From Solirubrobacterales bacterium (GTDB taxonomy: Bacteria; Actinomycetota; Thermoleophilia; Solirubrobacterales; 70-9): 33,573 bases of DNA. Both the position numbers and the translations under genes were made by a program. The notes under the pieces were generated by a model. It was not told the DNA's origin and searched no databases. It was given only the letters and a program-made list of their open reading frames with translations. Positions within the stretch are counted from its first letter, which is position 1. Each line of letters opens with the position of its first letter. The stretch spans positions 1-33,573 of the forward strand of contig DASUUD010000152.1 in assembly GCA_036374255.1 (NCBI GenBank). The letters are read 5' to 3'. Shown piece after piece: positions 32,554-33,573 of this stretch.

Positions 32554-33441
32554 ATGGCTGAGCGTGCGACATGGCGTGTCAAGACCGGCCTCGCCGAGAT
32601 GCTGAAAGGCGGGGTGATCATGGACGTGGTCAATCCCGAGCAGGCGCAGATCGCCGAGCGGGCGGGCGCCTGCGCGGTGATGGCCCTGGAACGGGTTCCC
32701 GCCGACATTCGCAGGGACGGCGGCGTCGCGCGAATGTCGGACCCCTCGATGATCAAGGGAATCCAGGAGGCGGTGACGATTCCGGTGATGGCGAAGGCGC
32801 GGATCGGGCACTTCGCCGAGGCCCAGGTCCTTCAGGCCCTCGAAGTCGACTACATCGACGAGTCCGAGGTCCTCACCCCTGCAGACGAGCACAACCACAT
32901 CGACAAGCTCGCCTTCGAGGTGCCGTTCGTCTGCGGCGCGACCAACCTCGGTGAGGCTTTGCGGAGGATCGGCGAGGGGGCGGCGATGATCCGCTCCAAG
33001 GGTGAGGCCGGAACTGGCAACGTGGTCGAGGCGGTCCGTCATATGCGCGAGATCACCAGCGGGATCAAGCGCCTCGCGCAGCTGCGCCCCGAGGAGTTGG
33101 CCGGTGCGGCGAAGGAGCTTCGCGCGCCGCTCGACGTGGTGCGGGCGGTGGCCGAGGCCGGCCGGCTGCCGGTGCCGCTGTTCTGCGCCGGGGGGATTGC
33201 AACCCCGGCCGACGCGGCGCTGATGATGCAGCTGGGCGCGGAGGGCAACTTCGTCGGCTCGGGGATCTTCAAGAGCGCGGACCCGGAGCGCCGTGCCAAG
33301 GCGATCGTCGAGGCGACAACCCACTACCTGGACCCAGAGCGCGTGGCGGCGGCCTCGACCGGTCTCGGAGAGGCGATGCCCGGCCTCGAGATCGCGGAGC
33401 TGGCCGCTGCCGAAGAGCTGCTCCAGAACCGCGGTGCCTGA
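32554..33441 (+). CDS. pdxS: Pyridoxal 5'-phosphate synthase, lyase subunit
   Basis: Near-invariant PdxS blocks: [99 protein letters not shown]. Confidence 0.95.
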   Translation: MAERATWRVKTGLAEMLKGGVIMDVVNPEQAQIAERAGACAVMALERVPADIRRDGGVARMSDPSMIKGIQEAVTIPVMAKARIGHFAEAQVLQALEVDYIDESEVLTPADEHNHIDKLAFEVPFVCGATNLGEALRRIGEGAAMIRSKGEAGTGNVVEAVRHMREITSGIKRLAQLRPEELAGAAKELRAPLDVVRAVAEAGRLPVPLFCAGGIATPADAALMMQLGAEGNFVGSGIFKSADPERRAKAIVEATTHYLDPERVAAASTGLGEAMPGLEIAELAAAEELLQNRGA

Positions 33442-33573
33442 GCTGCGGATCGGCGTCCTGGCGATCCAGGGCGGGTTCGAGGCGCACCTGCGGATGCTCG
33501 CCCAGCTCGGCGCCGAGCCGAGCGAGGTCCGGGCGCCCGGGCAGCTCGCCGGACTGGACGGGTTGGTCATCCC
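33434..33573 (+). CDS. pdxT: Pyridoxal 5'-phosphate synthase, glutaminase subunit (5' fragment, runs off the window)
   Basis: The GTG at 33434 overlaps the pdxS stop by 8 nt. The translation [46 protein letters not shown] matches the PdxT N-terminus. Confidence 0.85.
   Translation, partial: MPELRIGVLAIQGGFEAHLRMLAQLGAEPSEVRAPGQLAGLDGLVI

Noticed and set aside
1-33573. Other long alternative-frame ORFs, for example 1105..2268, 2604..3476, 8244..9341, 12708..13559, 14137..15321, 15565..17019, 17280..18020, 21266..22636, 22641..23657, 24105..25232, 25341..26492, 26468..27904, 28039..28719, 29256..30491 and 32413..33570
   Set aside because: Each overlaps, on the opposite strand or in another frame, a gene with recognisable conserved motifs. 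Their translations are dominated by Arg, Pro, Gly and Ala with no domain signatures. High GC suppresses stop codons in all frames.
1-33573. Search by eye for tRNA/rRNA genes, IS elements, integrases, phage genes, toxin-antitoxin pairs and riboswitch-like leaders (including upstream of pdxS)
   Set aside because: The non-coding gaps are short, mostly under 100 nt. None showed cloverleaf-like or riboswitch-like conserved structure that I could recognise, and no transposase or integrase-like ORFs are present. A covariance-model scan (Infernal/Rfam, tRNAscan-SE) would be needed to be definitive.

Overview
High-GC (about 70% by eye) chromosomal segment. Its gene content looks like an Actinomycetota-type genome (stand-alone LigD polymerase domain, SigJ-like ECF sigma, PIG-L deacetylase, PdxS/PdxT); that placement is inference. 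I can support 37 protein-coding genes. I saw no rRNA, tRNA, CRISPR array, transposase, integrase or recognisable defence module. Because of the GC content, many long track ORFs are stop-free alternative or antisense frames, and several real genes are shorter than their track ORF. One 56-aa gene is missing from the track.

Layout:
- 17-2001: DNA repair pair (LigD-Pol, XthA).
- 2073-7591: an ECF sigma factor surrounded by small single-domain genes (DUF1801, SDR epimerase, VOC, SRPBCC, DUF4242, CMD).
- 7611-17254: CrtI-like oxidoreductase, a 1170-aa zinc-ribbon/cyclase/STAND-ATPase/TPR protein followed by a membrane USP-like gene, a DHFR-family gene, an FAD oxidoreductase and a DUF2254 gene.
- 17332-22582: a small secreted peptide, a 1142-aa secreted Asp-box/poly-Pro/RTX protein and a BBE-like FAD oxidase.
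- 22854-25683: a tight operon of lipoprotein, permease, minimal zincin and PIG-L deacetylase.
- 25680-28646: two paralogous secreted proteins flanking an SQR-like flavoprotein.
- 28720-33573: YjbQ, a four-gene translationally coupled membrane/zinc-ribbon operon, an RpiR regulator and pdxS-pdxT.

Best leads:
1. An ECF41-type promoter (GGTCACA-N16-CGTC) in the sigma/epimerase divergent gap.
2. The uncharacterised four-cysteine secreted paralog pair bracketing an SQR-like enzyme that lacks one redox cysteine.
3. The coupled four-gene operon.
4. A lipoprotein made of six 11-residue repeats.
5. A PIG-L gene whose catalytic HPDDE motif lies upstream of any ATG, GTG or TTG codon.
6. Two small Sec-signal peptides, each with a cysteine pair.

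None of these is proven to be a new system. All functional links are inference from sequence and gene order.
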